Source of the DNA: the human T2T-CHM13v2.0 reference genome, Homo sapiens
Direction: 5' to 3' (one strand)
Assembly: GCF_009914755.1 (NCBI RefSeq)
Contig: NC_060934.1
Length of the DNA stretch: 64,000 nt
Positions 44,445-58,445 of this stretch are shown here, in pieces. A program made the position numbers and the translations under genes. The stretch's first letter is position 1. Each line of letters starts with the position of its first letter. The notes under the pieces were generated by a model. The model was not told where the DNA came from. It saw only the letters and a program-made list of their open reading frames with translations, and did not search any database.

Positions 44445-44982
44445 TGTGATAGTTAATACTGAGTGTCAACTTGATTGGATTGAAGGATGCAAAGCATGGT
44501 TCCTCGGTGTGTCTGTGATGGTACTGCCAAAGGAGATTAACATTTGGGTCAGTGGGCTGGGAAAGGCAGACCCACCCTTAATCTGGGTATGCACCGTATA
44601 ATCAGCTGCCAGCAAATATAAATCAGGCAAAAACAAAACAAAATAAAACAAAAACCACACACACACACGCACACAAAAGGTGAAAAGGCTATACTGGCTT
44701 AGCCTCCCAGTCTACATCTTTCTCCCATGCTGGATGCTTCCTTCCCTTGAACATCAGACTTCAAGTTCTTCAGCTTTGGGACTTGGACTGGCTCTCTTGC
44801 TCCTCAGCTTGCAGGTGGCCTATTGTGGGACCCTGTGATCATGTGAATTTAATACTCCTTAATTAACTGTCTCTCTCTATATATTTATATATATATAGCT
44901 AATATATACATATACTATATATATATTAGGATGAATATATATCCTATTAGTTCTGTCCCTCTAGAGAACCCTGACTAATATA
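44445..44982 (+). mobile_element. MLT2A (A1-like) HERV-L solo LTR
   Basis: tgtgatagttaatactgagtgtcaacttgattggattg...ctctagagaaccctgactaatata; 5-bp TSD aacac (44440-44444 / 44983-44987); internal (CA)n and (TA)n. Confidence 0.9.
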
Positions 44983-46682
44983 AACACCAAAGTTCCAATC
45001 AGTCACTTCTTAACTCCATTTCTTGGTCCCTATAATATATACCTTCATTACCATTTCCACTGCCACTACCTCATTTCAAAACAGTTGTTTTCCAAGAGGC
45101 CTTTCTGTTTCCTCACTGTCTTAGACTGATCTTTATAATGGCTTTCCATTGCCTAGGGAAAATTTCAAATCTCTTAGCCCCCTACAATTGAGACTTACCA
45201 AGACATTATTGCCTTATATTTGAGTTTCTATAAAGAAACCTTCTACCCCAGAAAATTTGATAGTTTCACTATTCCTAGAAAATAACTTGTTCTGTTTTCA
45301 GCTAGCTCATATTAGTTCTATGGAATGCTGTGCCTTGCCATTTCCCATATAAAACCTTTCCTCTTTCTTTCAGAACTTTTCTGCATTACCCTTCTGCAGA
45401 GTGACTTCTTATTGACTGAATTGTATCAACTATAAGCCACCATATTCATTCATGTGTTTTATATATCAGGCGTCGTGTTTCACACATCATTATATCTACT
45501 ATGCTAGCAAAGTGACTGGCATATAATAAATATTTAAGTAATAGCCATTGATAACATAACTTTTCTCTATCTGTTCTAGAATCTCTTCATTTTAGACAAC
45601 AAAACTAAGAAAATAATTTGTTTTAAAGCACAGAAAATGCAACCTAACCAATGTATGTTCATTTTTAAAAAATTGTAGTAATAAAATTCACCCATTTTAA
45701 GAGTACAGCGCTTTGACAAATGTATATAATTTATATTGGTATATGAATGTATATAATGTCAAAATTACATACATTTAACAAATGTATATAACAGTCACTA
45801 TAATTGAGACAGAATATTTTCATTCTTCCTCCATTAACATCCCCTAGAAATTACTGATTTTTATTTTTCTGAGTAGTATTACATTGTATAGATATTCTCG
45901 ACATTTGAGTTCTTTCTATTTTTGGCTACTATAAATATAGCTGAAATGAATATTCCTGTACAGGTTTTTGTATAGAAATATGTTTTTATCAGTCTTGGAT
46001 AAATACCTAGGAATGTAATTGCTAAGTCATATAGTATTTGTTTAACTTACAAACAAAATAATTTACAAACACAAAATGGGGCAGGCATTTTCATTAAAAA
46101 AAAACTGGCAATATATGAGAGTTCTAGGTGCTCCACTGCCTTGTCAACACTTCATATTGTCAGTCTTTGTAACTTTCATCATTCCAGTGGGCATGAAGTA
46201 GAATCTCGTAATTTTAATTTGTGTTTTTCTAATAATAAAGATGTTTAGCCTCTTTCTATGGGCTTATTTGTCCTCTGTATGTCTTATTTAATTAAGCCTC
46301 TGTTAACATTATTTGCTCATTTTTATGTGACTTTTGTCTTTTTATTATTGAATTTTAAGAATTCTTCATAAATTTTATGGCTTTTTTTGTAATATTCAAA
46401 GTGTTTTTTTTCTAGTGTATTATTCCTGGTCTGTGCCTACCATTTTATTTTCTTAACATTTGCTTTTAATGAGAAAAATACAATGTTGATAAATTATAAT
46501 TTATCATTTGTTTTCTTTATGGTTGAGCTATCTAAAAAGTTTTTATGAAAGCCAAAGTTTCAAAGATTTCCTTCTATGATTTCTTCTAGATGTTTTACAG
46601 TTTTAGCTATTACATATTATGCTACATTAAGGGTCAAAGTTTATTTGTTTGTTTGCATCTATTCCAGCACAATTTGTTTTAA

Positions 46683-47599
<917 letters not shown>

Positions 47600-47644
47600 T
47601 CCACTGGATCTTTGATTGGACTTCTAAAATGTTATATATTTTCA

Positions 47645-48905
47645 AATATATTTATTGTTAAATTGTCATATACAATGTATTTACATTGTACAACGTGATG
47701 CTTTGAAGTACATTGTGGGATGGTTAAACCTAGCTAATTAACAAATGCATTACCTCACATAGCTATCACTTTTTTGGTGAGAACACTTAACCGTCACTCT
47801 GTTAGCATCTCTCAAGAATACAATATATTATTATTAACCATAGTCACCATACTGTACAATATATCTCTTAAACTTATTGAATATCTCTAACTATATATAT
47901 GTTTCCTTTAATCAACATTTTCCCATTCATCCCTACCCTGCTAACTGCCTCAGCCTGTGATAACCACTATTCTATTCTCTACTTCTATCTGATCAACTTT
48001 TTTAGATTCCCCACATAAATGGAATCACGCAGTATTTTGTTTCTATGCCTGGCTTACTTACCATAATGTTCTCCACGTTCATCCAAGTTGTCCCAAAGGA
48101 TACAATTTCCTTATTATTTATGGCTGAACAGTACTACATTGTATATATATATTTTTTTTCTTTATCCATTCATTTGTTAATGAACCCTGAGTTGATTCCA
48201 TGTTTTTTTATTTTTTATTTTTTGGCTCTTGGGAATAGTGCTGCAATTAACCTGGGAGTACAGATATCTCTTCAATGTACTGATTTCATTTCCTTTGGCT
48301 CTATACTCAGCAGTGCGTTTTCTGAGTCATATGGTAGTTCTATTTTTAATTTTTTGAGGAATCTCCATACTGTTATCTATAGTAGCTGTGTTAATTTACA
48401 TTCCCACCAAGAGTATGCAAGGGCTCCCTTTTCTTCACATCCTTGCCAACACTTGTTATCTTTTGTCTTTTTGGTTGTAGCCATTCTAATAGGTGTGAGG
48501 TGGTAGTTCATTATGATTTTGATTTGCATTTGCCTGAATAACTAGTGATGTTGAACATTTTTTCATATACTTGTTGGCCATTTTTATATTTTCTTTTGAA
48601 AAAAGTCTATTCAGGTCTTTTGCTCATTTTTAATTGGGTTGTTTTCTTGTTATTGAGTTGTTTGAGTTCCTTATATTTTAGATATTAACCCCTTAACAGA
48701 TGTATAGTTTGCAAATGTTTTGTCCCATTCTGTAGCTTGTCTCTTTACTTTGTTTTTTGTCTCCTTTGCTGGGCAGAAGCTTTTTAGTTTGTTGTAGCCC
48801 CGTTTGTCTATTTTTGTTTTTGTTGCCTGTGCTTTTAAAGGCATATCCAGAAAATCATTGCTCAAAACAATGTCATGGAGCTTTCTCCTTATGTTTTCTT
48901 TTAGT
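47645..48905 (-). mobile_element. L1MA-type 3' portion nested in the older L1M
   Basis: gcattacctcacatagctatc 3'UTR; ORF2 remnants (KLKSFCPAKET) on the minus strand. Confidence 0.85.
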
Positions 48906-51654
48906 ACAGAAACAATTTGGGGATAGCTGATTTTAATGTTTAACAGCATTGAATCTTTTCATTTTTTTCTTTTTAAACATTGAGTCTTTGGATATGCTCA
49001 TTTAGGTATCTTAAAAATTTCTGTCAGAGATGTTTTGTAGTTTCCATTGCACAGGCTTAACACGTATTTTGTTAAGTTTGTCCCTATGTATTTCTTGGTT
49101 TGCGATGCTATCTTAGGTGGTGTTATTTTTCTTTTATTTCAATTTGCTTTTGTTCATTGATTATATATTGAAATGCAGTTGATTTTTTGTAATGCCTTAT
49201 GTTCTTTGATGTTTCTTACCTCATGTATTAGTTCTAGTATCTTTTTAATAGATTTCTTGAGAATTTTAATGTAAACAGTTAGGTTTAAACACAGGTTTAC
49301 GGCTTTCTTTTAAATCTATATGTTTGTATATCTTTTTCTTGCCTTATTGTGATGGTTTTGACTTCTAGTACAATATTGAACAAAATGGTGAAAGTGTATA
49401 TCTTTGTCTTGTTTTAATCTTAAGGGGAAAGCATTGAGCATTACATGTGATGTACCTCTAGGTTTTTGTAGGTGTCCCATATTAGATGTTACTTTTATTC
49501 CCATTTTGCAGAAATATTTTTGCACTCTGCATGGATATTACATTTTTAGTTGCTTTTCCTATATTGAATGAAAAGAGCATTTAGCTTTTCTATTTTAGTT
49601 TGTGTATATATATATATATAGAGAGATTTGTTTAATTTTAAATGTTGAAGCAGTCTTATATTCCTAAAATAAACCCCACTTGGTCATGATGTGTTAATTC
49701 TTTCTTTGCATTGGTAGATTCAACTTGCTGAAAGTTTTTCAGAGGTCATTTACATCTATATTCTGACACTGGTCTATAGGGGTGTGTGTGCGATGTTTTC
49801 ATCTGGTTTTGCTATCGGGTTTTGCTGGCCCCATAAAACTGGGTAGTTTTTCCTTCTTTTCAATTTCTTGAAATGATTTGAGTATAATTGGTGTAATTTC
49901 TTCCTTAAGTATTTATCTTTTCTCTAGTGAAGCCATTTTGGCTTAAAATTTTCATTATGGTAGAAATTTTCACAATAAATCTCATTTATTTAAATATGTC
50001 TTAGACATATTTGTATTATCATATTTGTATTAGACATATTTGTAGACTATTTGTATTATCTGTTTCTTCTAGAGTTAGCTTTGTTGTTTTGTGTTTTTGA
50101 AGAAATGTATCTATTTTTTCCCTAAACTGTTGAATTTATTGGCATAGAGATTGTAATTTTTATTTTTAGAATTTGAATTGAACCCTTTTTAAAATATATG
50201 GTTTTCATTTCTCTAGTAAATTTCCTTTTGTGTTCATTCATGTTGTCTATCTCTTTCACTAGATCCTGCAATCGTATTTATCATAATTTTAATCATAACA
50301 ATTTTAAAGTCCCTTTCTAATAGTTTCAAGTTCTAGATTATTTTTGGTTCGTGTTCTCTGTCAATTGTTTTATTTATTGCAATGTGACTTTTTTTATTGG
50401 TGTGTGTATCCGTGTGTGTGTGTATGTGTGTGTATTTGTAACGTTTTATTGAAGGCCAAACATTATTTCTAAAAGGACAGAAAAGGCTGAGATAAATTTT
50501 ATTTACATTCAGAATGTTTTTTCTTCTCTTAGCCTATTAGTATGGTTGAGTGAACTCAGTTGGTGACTAAATTGTGTTTGGGTTTTGCTGTTGCTATAGT
50601 TATTGTCAGCGCTCTGCAAGTTTCCAATTCCGCCAGTTGTGGACTGACATTACTTTGCTCTTATTTTGAGGCCTAAAGTGCTAGATTTTTCTTAGTGTTC
50701 TTTCTTTACTCTCCCCTTTCAGAGACGCTGTGGTGAGTCTCTGTTTCTGAGCTCTCGCCAATCCCCCAGTGGTAAACTGCAGCCCATCATTACGCGGTGA
50801 AAAGCTCCTAATCGGGGCAGGAAGTTTTCTTGGTTCCTTCCTTGGTTCTTCAACCTCTGTATTAGGCAGGCAGGTCTATGTGCCTAGATCTCAGGAGTAA
50901 GGCTTTTTCAATGTTATTGCCCCTTCCCTGGTGGCAGGAAACCTCCAATTTCTCCTGATTTCGGGGCTTAACGCACAGGTTGAGGTCTTTACATTTTCCT
51001 GGATGGCAACTAAACTCTCCCATGTATTGTTGGAAAGATGAGTGGGAAGGACAAGATTCTTGGCCTTCCCCGACAGTAGCAGACTTCTGCTTTGTCTTAG
51101 TGAATGATCCTGGGCATGAGTGAGTTTTCTTCCCCTCTGCAGCAGCTGAGAATTTGTGCCTGGTGTCTATGTAGGGTGTTGGGAGCAGGTTTTTTATGCT
51201 TTCCCTAGTAGTGGCCAAATTTGCTTAGACTGAGAACACAAGGATTTCCTACCCTGCGCATTAGTGAATGGCTTTTTCCTTGTTTTAAAGTAGACTTACA
51301 CAGCAGGGGTAGGTCTTTCTTCACCCCCAGTACCCACTGATTTTTTCTTCTTATCTGTGTATCTGTGAAGGTCAGGACTAGATCATGTTTTGTTTCTGCC
51401 CCTAGCAGCAACCCATCACCACCTTGTACTCATATACGTCCCAGCGTGCAATGGGTTTCTCAAAATACTGCTTATACCCACAAATCTTGTAAGAACCTAC
51501 ACAGTTATCCTACCAAGAGAGACTCCCTCAGGTCTCCCATGTCCTCAGTCTTTCACATGAATGCGTGGCAGAGGTCTGTGTAAAACAAATGGTGAGTGAC
51601 TATAGACTCATGTGAGGTTCCAAGATTGTAACCTGTCATACTAACCTATAGGAG

Positions 51655-52147
51655 GCATAGTTGTTTCCTATTGCTGCTGCAACAAATTACCATAACACAG
51701 TGCTTTAAAATAACACAGATTTAATGTTGTACAGCTCTAAAGATCAGAAGTCTCAAATAGGTCTCATTCCCTTAAACTAAAATGTCATCAGGGCTGCATT
51801 CCTTCTGGAGACTCTAGAGGAGAATTTATCGTCTTGCCTTTTCTAGCTTCTAGGGACTACCCACATTCCTTGGCTCATGTCTGCTTCCTCCCTCTTCAAG
51901 TCCAGGAGGGTAGCATCTTTACCTGTAACTCTTCTGCCTCCGTCTTCCAATTATGACCCTTGTGACTATACTGGGTCTACCAGATAATCCAAGATAATCT
52001 CCTCACCTCCAGGTAAAATGGTTAACAACCTTAACTGTATCTGCAACCATAATTCTTTGCCATGTAATCTAACATATTCACAGGCTATGGGGATTAAGAC
52101 ATAGACATACTCAGAGGAGGAAGTGAAGGTATTATTCAACCACCCAC
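51655..52147 (-). mobile_element. MLT1C/D MaLR solo LTR
   Basis: gctgctgcaacaaattaccata...gggctgcattccttctggagactctagaggagaat...taacatattcacagg. Confidence 0.82.
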
Positions 52148-53169
52148 ATTAGGTCTTACAGATATCAATACAGTTTCTTTTTTTACTTACTTTTATGACT
52201 TCCACGTCTTCTTCTCCTGCTTTACCAAAGGTAAAATAACTCATCTGTCCTAAATCTTACATTTTGCCATCCTTTGGAATTCAACTCTGATGGGCTCAAA
52301 AATTATGCTTGCATATATCTACATTTTTCTTAGTTTTAGGGTGAGAGCCATGTTCTCTGCAGCTTGCATAACCTAAGCAAATGCAGAACTCCTCTCAAAG
52401 CCTTTCCTATTAAAAAATATTCAAGTTGTAAACCACGAAATTCTGAAATGTTCCTATTATATAAACTCATGCTGAACCATATAATTTAAGGATAATTGGT
52501 CAAAAGAGAAGAAGAGTTTGTAAACATATAATATAAATTCACAACAAATTCCTCTGACACAAAGTGAACTGTATTTTAGGGATGCCTCTCTGCTTTTACA
52601 TACTTCAGTCTAATTAAATTAAGTTCGGCGATACTTATGGGGAATGCAGATATCCAAAAGTTTCTAAGACTCGCGAAATCTTTACTCTAAACAATCTACA
52701 AACCCACTATTTAGTTCTTACTATGTGAAATCTTTTCCAGAAATTTCTCTCTTTTTTGTTTCAAATGTCCATTTCCATGTGCCCTTTGAATTTGTGACAC
52801 AGCATTTTAAATATAAATTTAGAAGTAATTTTATATCATCTTTACTTCTTTTGTCAAAAATATTTTTAGTAAAGCCTCCAGGTTTCTGCCCTACATGACA
52901 GACCCTAATGCAGTTAAATTGAGCTTGAATTTCTCCAACCACCTATCCTCTTCTCTGTTTCTGGTTCTCTTTATTCTTGTTCCTCACCTGCTTTTTAATG
53001 TTCATACTGCAGGTGTCCAATTGTATATCTTCAAGTGCTCATTTCATATTTTCTGTTGCTGCCCTTGCTCCCAAACTCAACATCCCAAGACTTAATGATG
53101 TCCATATCTCAAGCTTTCCATAGGAAGCTTTATGTTTGGTAAAGCAGAATTGATCACTTAATTTTTACT

Positions 53170-53565
53170 CATGTGGCTTAACTCTGTTTCCCAAAATTCA
53201 TATGTTGAAATCCTAATCCCCAGTTCCTCACAATGTGACTAGATTTGGAGAAAGACTGTTTAGAGAGGTAATTAAGTTAAAATGAGGTTATTAGGATAAG
53301 CCCTAATTCAACATGACTGATGTCCTTAATTATAAGAAGAGAAGGAAGAGAAGGACGAAGGCATGCCCAGAGGGAAGACCATATGAAGACACAGAAAGCA
53401 GAAAATGACTGTCTAGAAGCCAAGGAGAGCGGCCTCAGGAGAAATCTACCCTGCCAACATCTTGATCTCAGACTTCTAACCTCAATAATTGTGAGAAAAT
53501 AAGTTTCTGATGTTAGGAAAACCAGTCTGGTACCTTGTTATAAAAACCCTAGCAAACTAATATAT
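53170..53565 (+). mobile_element. MLT1A-type MaLR solo LTR
   Basis: cccaaaattcatatgttgaaatcctaatcccca...gccaaggagag...ccctagcaaactaatata. Confidence 0.82.
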
Positions 53566-54884
53566 CATCCTTTAAAACTATGCACAGGTTTAGCTCCTCT
53601 TGGAAGCCTTCACTGATCTTCTGTCTGGGTCAGATGGCTCTTTTTTCTGTGCATCCATAAATGCTGCAATAAATATATATGATTATTTCTCACATTTCAT
53701 TGCCATTGTGTGCTTCTTTGTCCCATAAACTCTATCTTTGAATTTCCAGCATCTAACAGAGTCCTTGATATGTAAAAAGCAGCTAATTGTAGGCATTGAA
53801 TTAATGAACATCCTATTTTCTACAATAGACTGTGACCCTTTGAACATATGATAAAAATCTTATTCACCTTTTTGTTTGAGTGTACCTTAGACTCTAAGTG
53901 GTACTAATTAGTTACATTCCTCAATCCATGACACAGTATCATTAATTGTCTGCACACGTGCTCTCTTATTTAATAATCTGTTCCCCATTAGTGCCCATTT
54001 TCCCTTCCATTTTACACTTTACCTCTGTAAATAACAACTCTGACATACTTAATGTGTACATTCATCTGTGTTTATTCTTGAAAAATGTATACTTAAAAAA
54101 ATTCACATGCACTTTAATATAAATGTGATATTGTGTTATAAATCACAAACGTATCTTACTTTTTTTCTTTAACAGTGCTTTTAAGGTCCATTCATATTGT
54201 TATCTGTACCTCTAACCAACTGTTTCTAACAGCTACATCCTTGCATTGTATGTCCGTGTGTGTCAGTGTGTGTTTATCCTCAGCACCTAGACCAGTGCCT
54301 AAGGCAATGTAGGGTACTTAACTGTTAAAAAAAAATGTATAAAAGGTATCATATTCACCCAATATTGCTGGTGATGTTGTCCTTGCAATTTCTACATCAA
54401 AATCTCCTTCATATCCATCCTTTTCTTTTCTGTCCTATTTCCACTATCTTAGATTAGACCCTCTCATCTTCAGATGTGGTTGGTTAGAATATGTCACCAA
54501 CCCCTTTCTTTCCTGCACTAGAAGCCATTCATCACATTGGAGTCTCATTCATTTTATGAAAACTCCGTGGTCATCATTTCTCTTTCTCCACTAAAAACTT
54601 CCACGAGACCACACCGACCTTAGACTAATATCCCTGAGACTGATTTTGAAGGTCTTTCATATCCAGCCTTAGCTCATTTATTTTCCCCTTACTCCTCCCC
54701 CAAACAAGCTATTTTTATCCACCTTAAATACCCCATACTTCCTGACTCTGCTCCCTTTTTTGTTCCTTCTCCACTTGTCTAAATCCCTACAGTCTTTACA
54801 AAAAAACAGCTCATGTAAAATGTCCCCATGAAGTTTTCTCTGTGGCTGCATGTTTTGTTCACTGACTTACAAGAATACCGAGGA

Positions 54885-55140
54885 GACTGTGTGGTGTGAG
54901 AGAGTCAGTAAGGCATTGCAGAAATCGTATTGCATTTGGAGACCTAGACTTAGAATACCAGTTTGGCATTTAATATCAGTGAGTTTGTGGGAAAATCACA
55001 AAGCTCCTTAAGCTTCCTTTTCCTTATCTGTAAAATAGGAATATTAATTATAACTTTATATAGAGTGTAGTGATTGAATGAGGCACTTTGCGTAAAACAT
55101 CTGCCGCATAATAAGCATTCAATACGTAGCAGCTGCTATC
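54885..55140 (+). mobile_element. MIR SINE
   Basis: ttccttatctgtaaaataggaata...ataataagcattcaatacgtagcagct. Confidence 0.65.
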
Positions 55141-55999
55141 ATCATGAGTGCTGCCTCTATCGTTCATTTGGCATCTAGCATATGCCACCGTGTGTTACTA
55201 TTTAACTACTTTATGGTTTTATATCTGTCTCCTGTAAAAGTGGCTTTTAGAGATGTGCTGTGTCTTACACTTATTTTGTATGTCCCAGAGTGGTAATCAC
55301 AGTGATGGTGTCTTCCCATGTATTAAAAAAATTAAGAACCTCATCCCTTGAAAAATTCATTTCAATAGTATGTCTTGTTACTTTAAGTATATAGAGTTAA
55401 CTGTATATTACCAACATTAATAAAGTGTTGCTACATAGAGATCCTCCTGGATTAATTTGGCACATTCCATTGAGGAACACTTTACACTACTACCCTGTTG
55501 CCTGGATGTCATCATTTGAAACTTAACAAGGGAGTCGGACCATCTCTTGGGGTGATAATGGGTTCTTGGGTCCCCTCACCTCAACCATGCTGAATAAGAT
55601 TTTATAATTTGTGGCATAAGCATAAATTATAAGCACATCAGTTGATTCCTAATCACCACAGAGCCTGAGACCCCTCTATATAGGAGAGGAAACATTTGTT
55701 ATGGAAACACAGGCCTAAATGCTCAGCTTTGAGCCATATCCTTCACCTCTATGAACCTCAGTTTATTTTTTAAATATAAATTATCATAGTTCTTCCTCAT
55801 ACAGCTTGTAGAGAAAGCTCTATAAGCTAATCTTATCTTAGCTGATCATCTCATCATCTTAGCTCATCATCTGGTAGGTAGCCATTGCCTAAAACTGTAG
55901 TTAATTTTATCCTTGTTAAATTGGAGGATGTGATGACTGTGTCTTTCCCATAACCCTCCTGTCCCCCTGTTCTGAGGAAGATGTTTCCTCCTATAGTAG

Positions 56000-56290
56000 C
56001 TAAATCCTTGTTATTCAAAACATAGTCTTTGGACTAGCAGCTTGGGTAGCCCCTGGGAGCTTGTTAAAAATGCAGTCCCAGGCCCCATGGCTAGAAAACT
56101 GACTCCGAATTTGCATTGTAACAAGAATATTTAGGTCATTGGAAGGCACATTAAAGTTTGGAAAGCACGGGTCTAAATAAGCTTCTAAATCAGTAGGTTG
56201 GGGTCTAGGGAGGAACCTAGGACTCTGATTTTTCATGAGCTCCCAGATAGTGCTGTTAACCCATTAATTGCTCTTAGAGTAGCCTGTTTA
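56000..56290. mobile_element. Two adjacent MER5A-like MITEs
   Basis: cctgggagcttgttaaaaatgcag...aaagtttggaaagcac, then aatcagtaggttggggtc...gagctcccagatagtgct. Confidence 0.6.
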
Positions 56291-56294
56291 GATC

Positions 56295-56652
56295 GCTGTT
56301 TTCAGACTTGACTATGCATTGGAATCAACTTGGCAGGAAGCTTCAGAAAACAGAAATTACTGGTTTTGGCCAGGTGGAGAGGCTCACGTCTGTAATCCCA
56401 GCACTTTGGGAGACAGAGGCAGGTGGACCACTTGAGGTCAGGAGTTTGAGACCAGCCCAGCCAATATGGTGAAACCCCATCTCTACTAAAAAACAAAAAA
56501 TAGCCTGGTGTGGTGGCACATGCCTGTAGTCCTAGCTCCTCTGAAGGCTGAGGCAGGAGAATTACTTCAACCTGGGAGCTGGAGGTTGCAGGGAGCTGAG
56601 ATGACACCACTGCCTTCCAGCCTGGGTGACAAAGTGAGACTCCATCTCAAAA

Positions 56653-56695
<43 letters not shown>

Positions 56696-56835
56696 CATTA
56701 CTGGTTTCTACTCTCAGGTATTTAATTGGAATGGGGTGCAGTCTCAGCATCAAAACTTCTAAACTCAGAATTATGTGTGTGTTGTCAGCTGTGTGTTCAT
56801 TTGAACACACAGAAAAGTTTGAGGGCCACTGCTGT
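56295..56835. mobile_element. MER5-family MITE split by an Alu
   Basis: cagacttgactatgcattggaatca...[Alu]...tttaattggaatggggtgcag...aagtttgagggccactgct. Confidence 0.6.
56368..56695 (+). mobile_element. AluS (Sz-like) with (AAAT)n tail
   Basis: cacttgaggtcaggagtttgagaccag; about 11 AAAT units; TSD attactggttt on both sides. Confidence 0.9.
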
Positions 56836-57622
56836 AGATTAATTTGGTTGAATTTTTTTCACACATAAATTAAAAGTAGCATTTCAAGCAAGGCACTGTG
56901 TAAATTATATTTTAAAAACCCACATTGGTGAGATTTTACTAGAGATATTTTGACAGAAAAACATGTAAACATGTATATGTACAAACACAGACATATAGAT
57001 CAGTTTAAATCCTTTTAACTCCCGACTGTCTTGTGTAACAAGAACAAAACAAAGTTGAAAGCCTGTGAAAGATATTATTCCAAGATGGAGTTAGGGCACA
57101 GAGTGAAGTGGAAATAGCTTAGAAGGAAGCTTCACTGAGTGTTTGAAGCATTAGGGAATCTGCATACTGTTTTCTGCATCACCAGATTATCAATTATTAG
57201 CATATCAGAATTCAGGTTGAGCCAGATAGATTGCTAACTATGTCATATTTGATTGTTGCAATATGTTCCAAATCATGGCTGCCAGAGGGTGTATCTTGCT
57301 GACTTTGGCATCTTCCTTCCTAAATCTCAAAAGAATGATAGAGGGATATATTTTTTCAAAATGTAAGCAAAGAATTTATTTAGAAACAAGTGACATTTTA
57401 GTGGGTGAACATGTGTACAAATAGTCCACCTATTGATAAGACTTGTAAAAATTCTTATTGGAAGTTTCACCATTAAAAGAGATTGTAGCATCACATTAGG
57501 GTAGACAAATATTTTCCAGTTTTCAGCAAAAGCAATATATTTTCAGTAAAAGACATTAGATGACACATAATTACTCTAAAAATTCAGTAGCTGACAATAC
57601 CATAGATACACCCCTCATATGA

Positions 57623-58074
57623 CATCAAGGCTAGGAAGAAACTGCATCAACTAACGAGCAAAATAACCAGCTAACATCATAATGACAGGACCAAATTCAC
57701 ACATAACAATATTAACTTCAAATGTAAATGGGCTAAATGCTCCAATTAAAAGACACGGACTGGCAAATTGGATAAAGAGTCAAGACCCATCAGTGTGCTG
57801 TATTCAGGAAACCCATCTCACATGCAGAGACACACATAGGCTCAAAATAAAGGGATGGAGGAAGATCTACCAAGCAAATGGAAAACAAAAAAAGTCAGGG
57901 GTTGCAATCCTAGTCTCTGATAAAACAGACTTTAAACCAACAAAGATCAAAAGAGAGAAAGAAGGCCATTACATCATGGTAAAGGGATCAATTCAACAAG
58001 AAGAGCTAACTATCCTAAATATATATGCACCCAATACCGGAGCTCCCAGATTCATAAAGCAAGTCCTTGGTGAC
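57623..58074 (+). mobile_element. Isolated internal L1PA fragment (inter-ORF spacer plus ORF2 endonuclease N-terminus)
   Basis: ggctaggaagaaactgcatcaactaacgagc spacer, then MTGPNSHITIL...APRFIKQVL; no 3'UTR or polyA. Confidence 0.92.
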
Positions 58075-58445
58075 AGTAATCCCAAGTTTAAAAATATGTC
58101 CCATAATTTTGTTCATTCACATTAGCTATTATTATACCAGAAGACCACTTTGAATGTGCCCAGTATGTTTTCACTTTTTAAAAACAGAATTGATACTCAA
58201 CTCCATGGGAAAAGCAATTACAAAATAAGTTTTATCCATTCATTCAAAAATATGTATGGAATGCCTACTATGTGCTAGGTACTTTCAAAAGACATGAAAT
58301 AAACTTCTCTTCTACACACTTAATTTTAAACTTCCTTCATTCAAAGTGCTGTTGTGGGCAATGGATGATGTTAATAGTAATAAACATTTGATGAGAACTG
58401 AAATGCATCAAGCACTGTGCTAGATCCTTCATGATCATCACCTCT

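Noticed and set aside
57682-57700. MTGPNS (Ser to Pro) variant shared by the orphan fragment and the L1PA4 at 6942, suggesting a local copy
   Set aside because: Other private changes differ (RLTNWIKNQGPSVY vs GLANWIKSQDPSVC, and opposite CpG decay in the spacer), so it is not a direct copy
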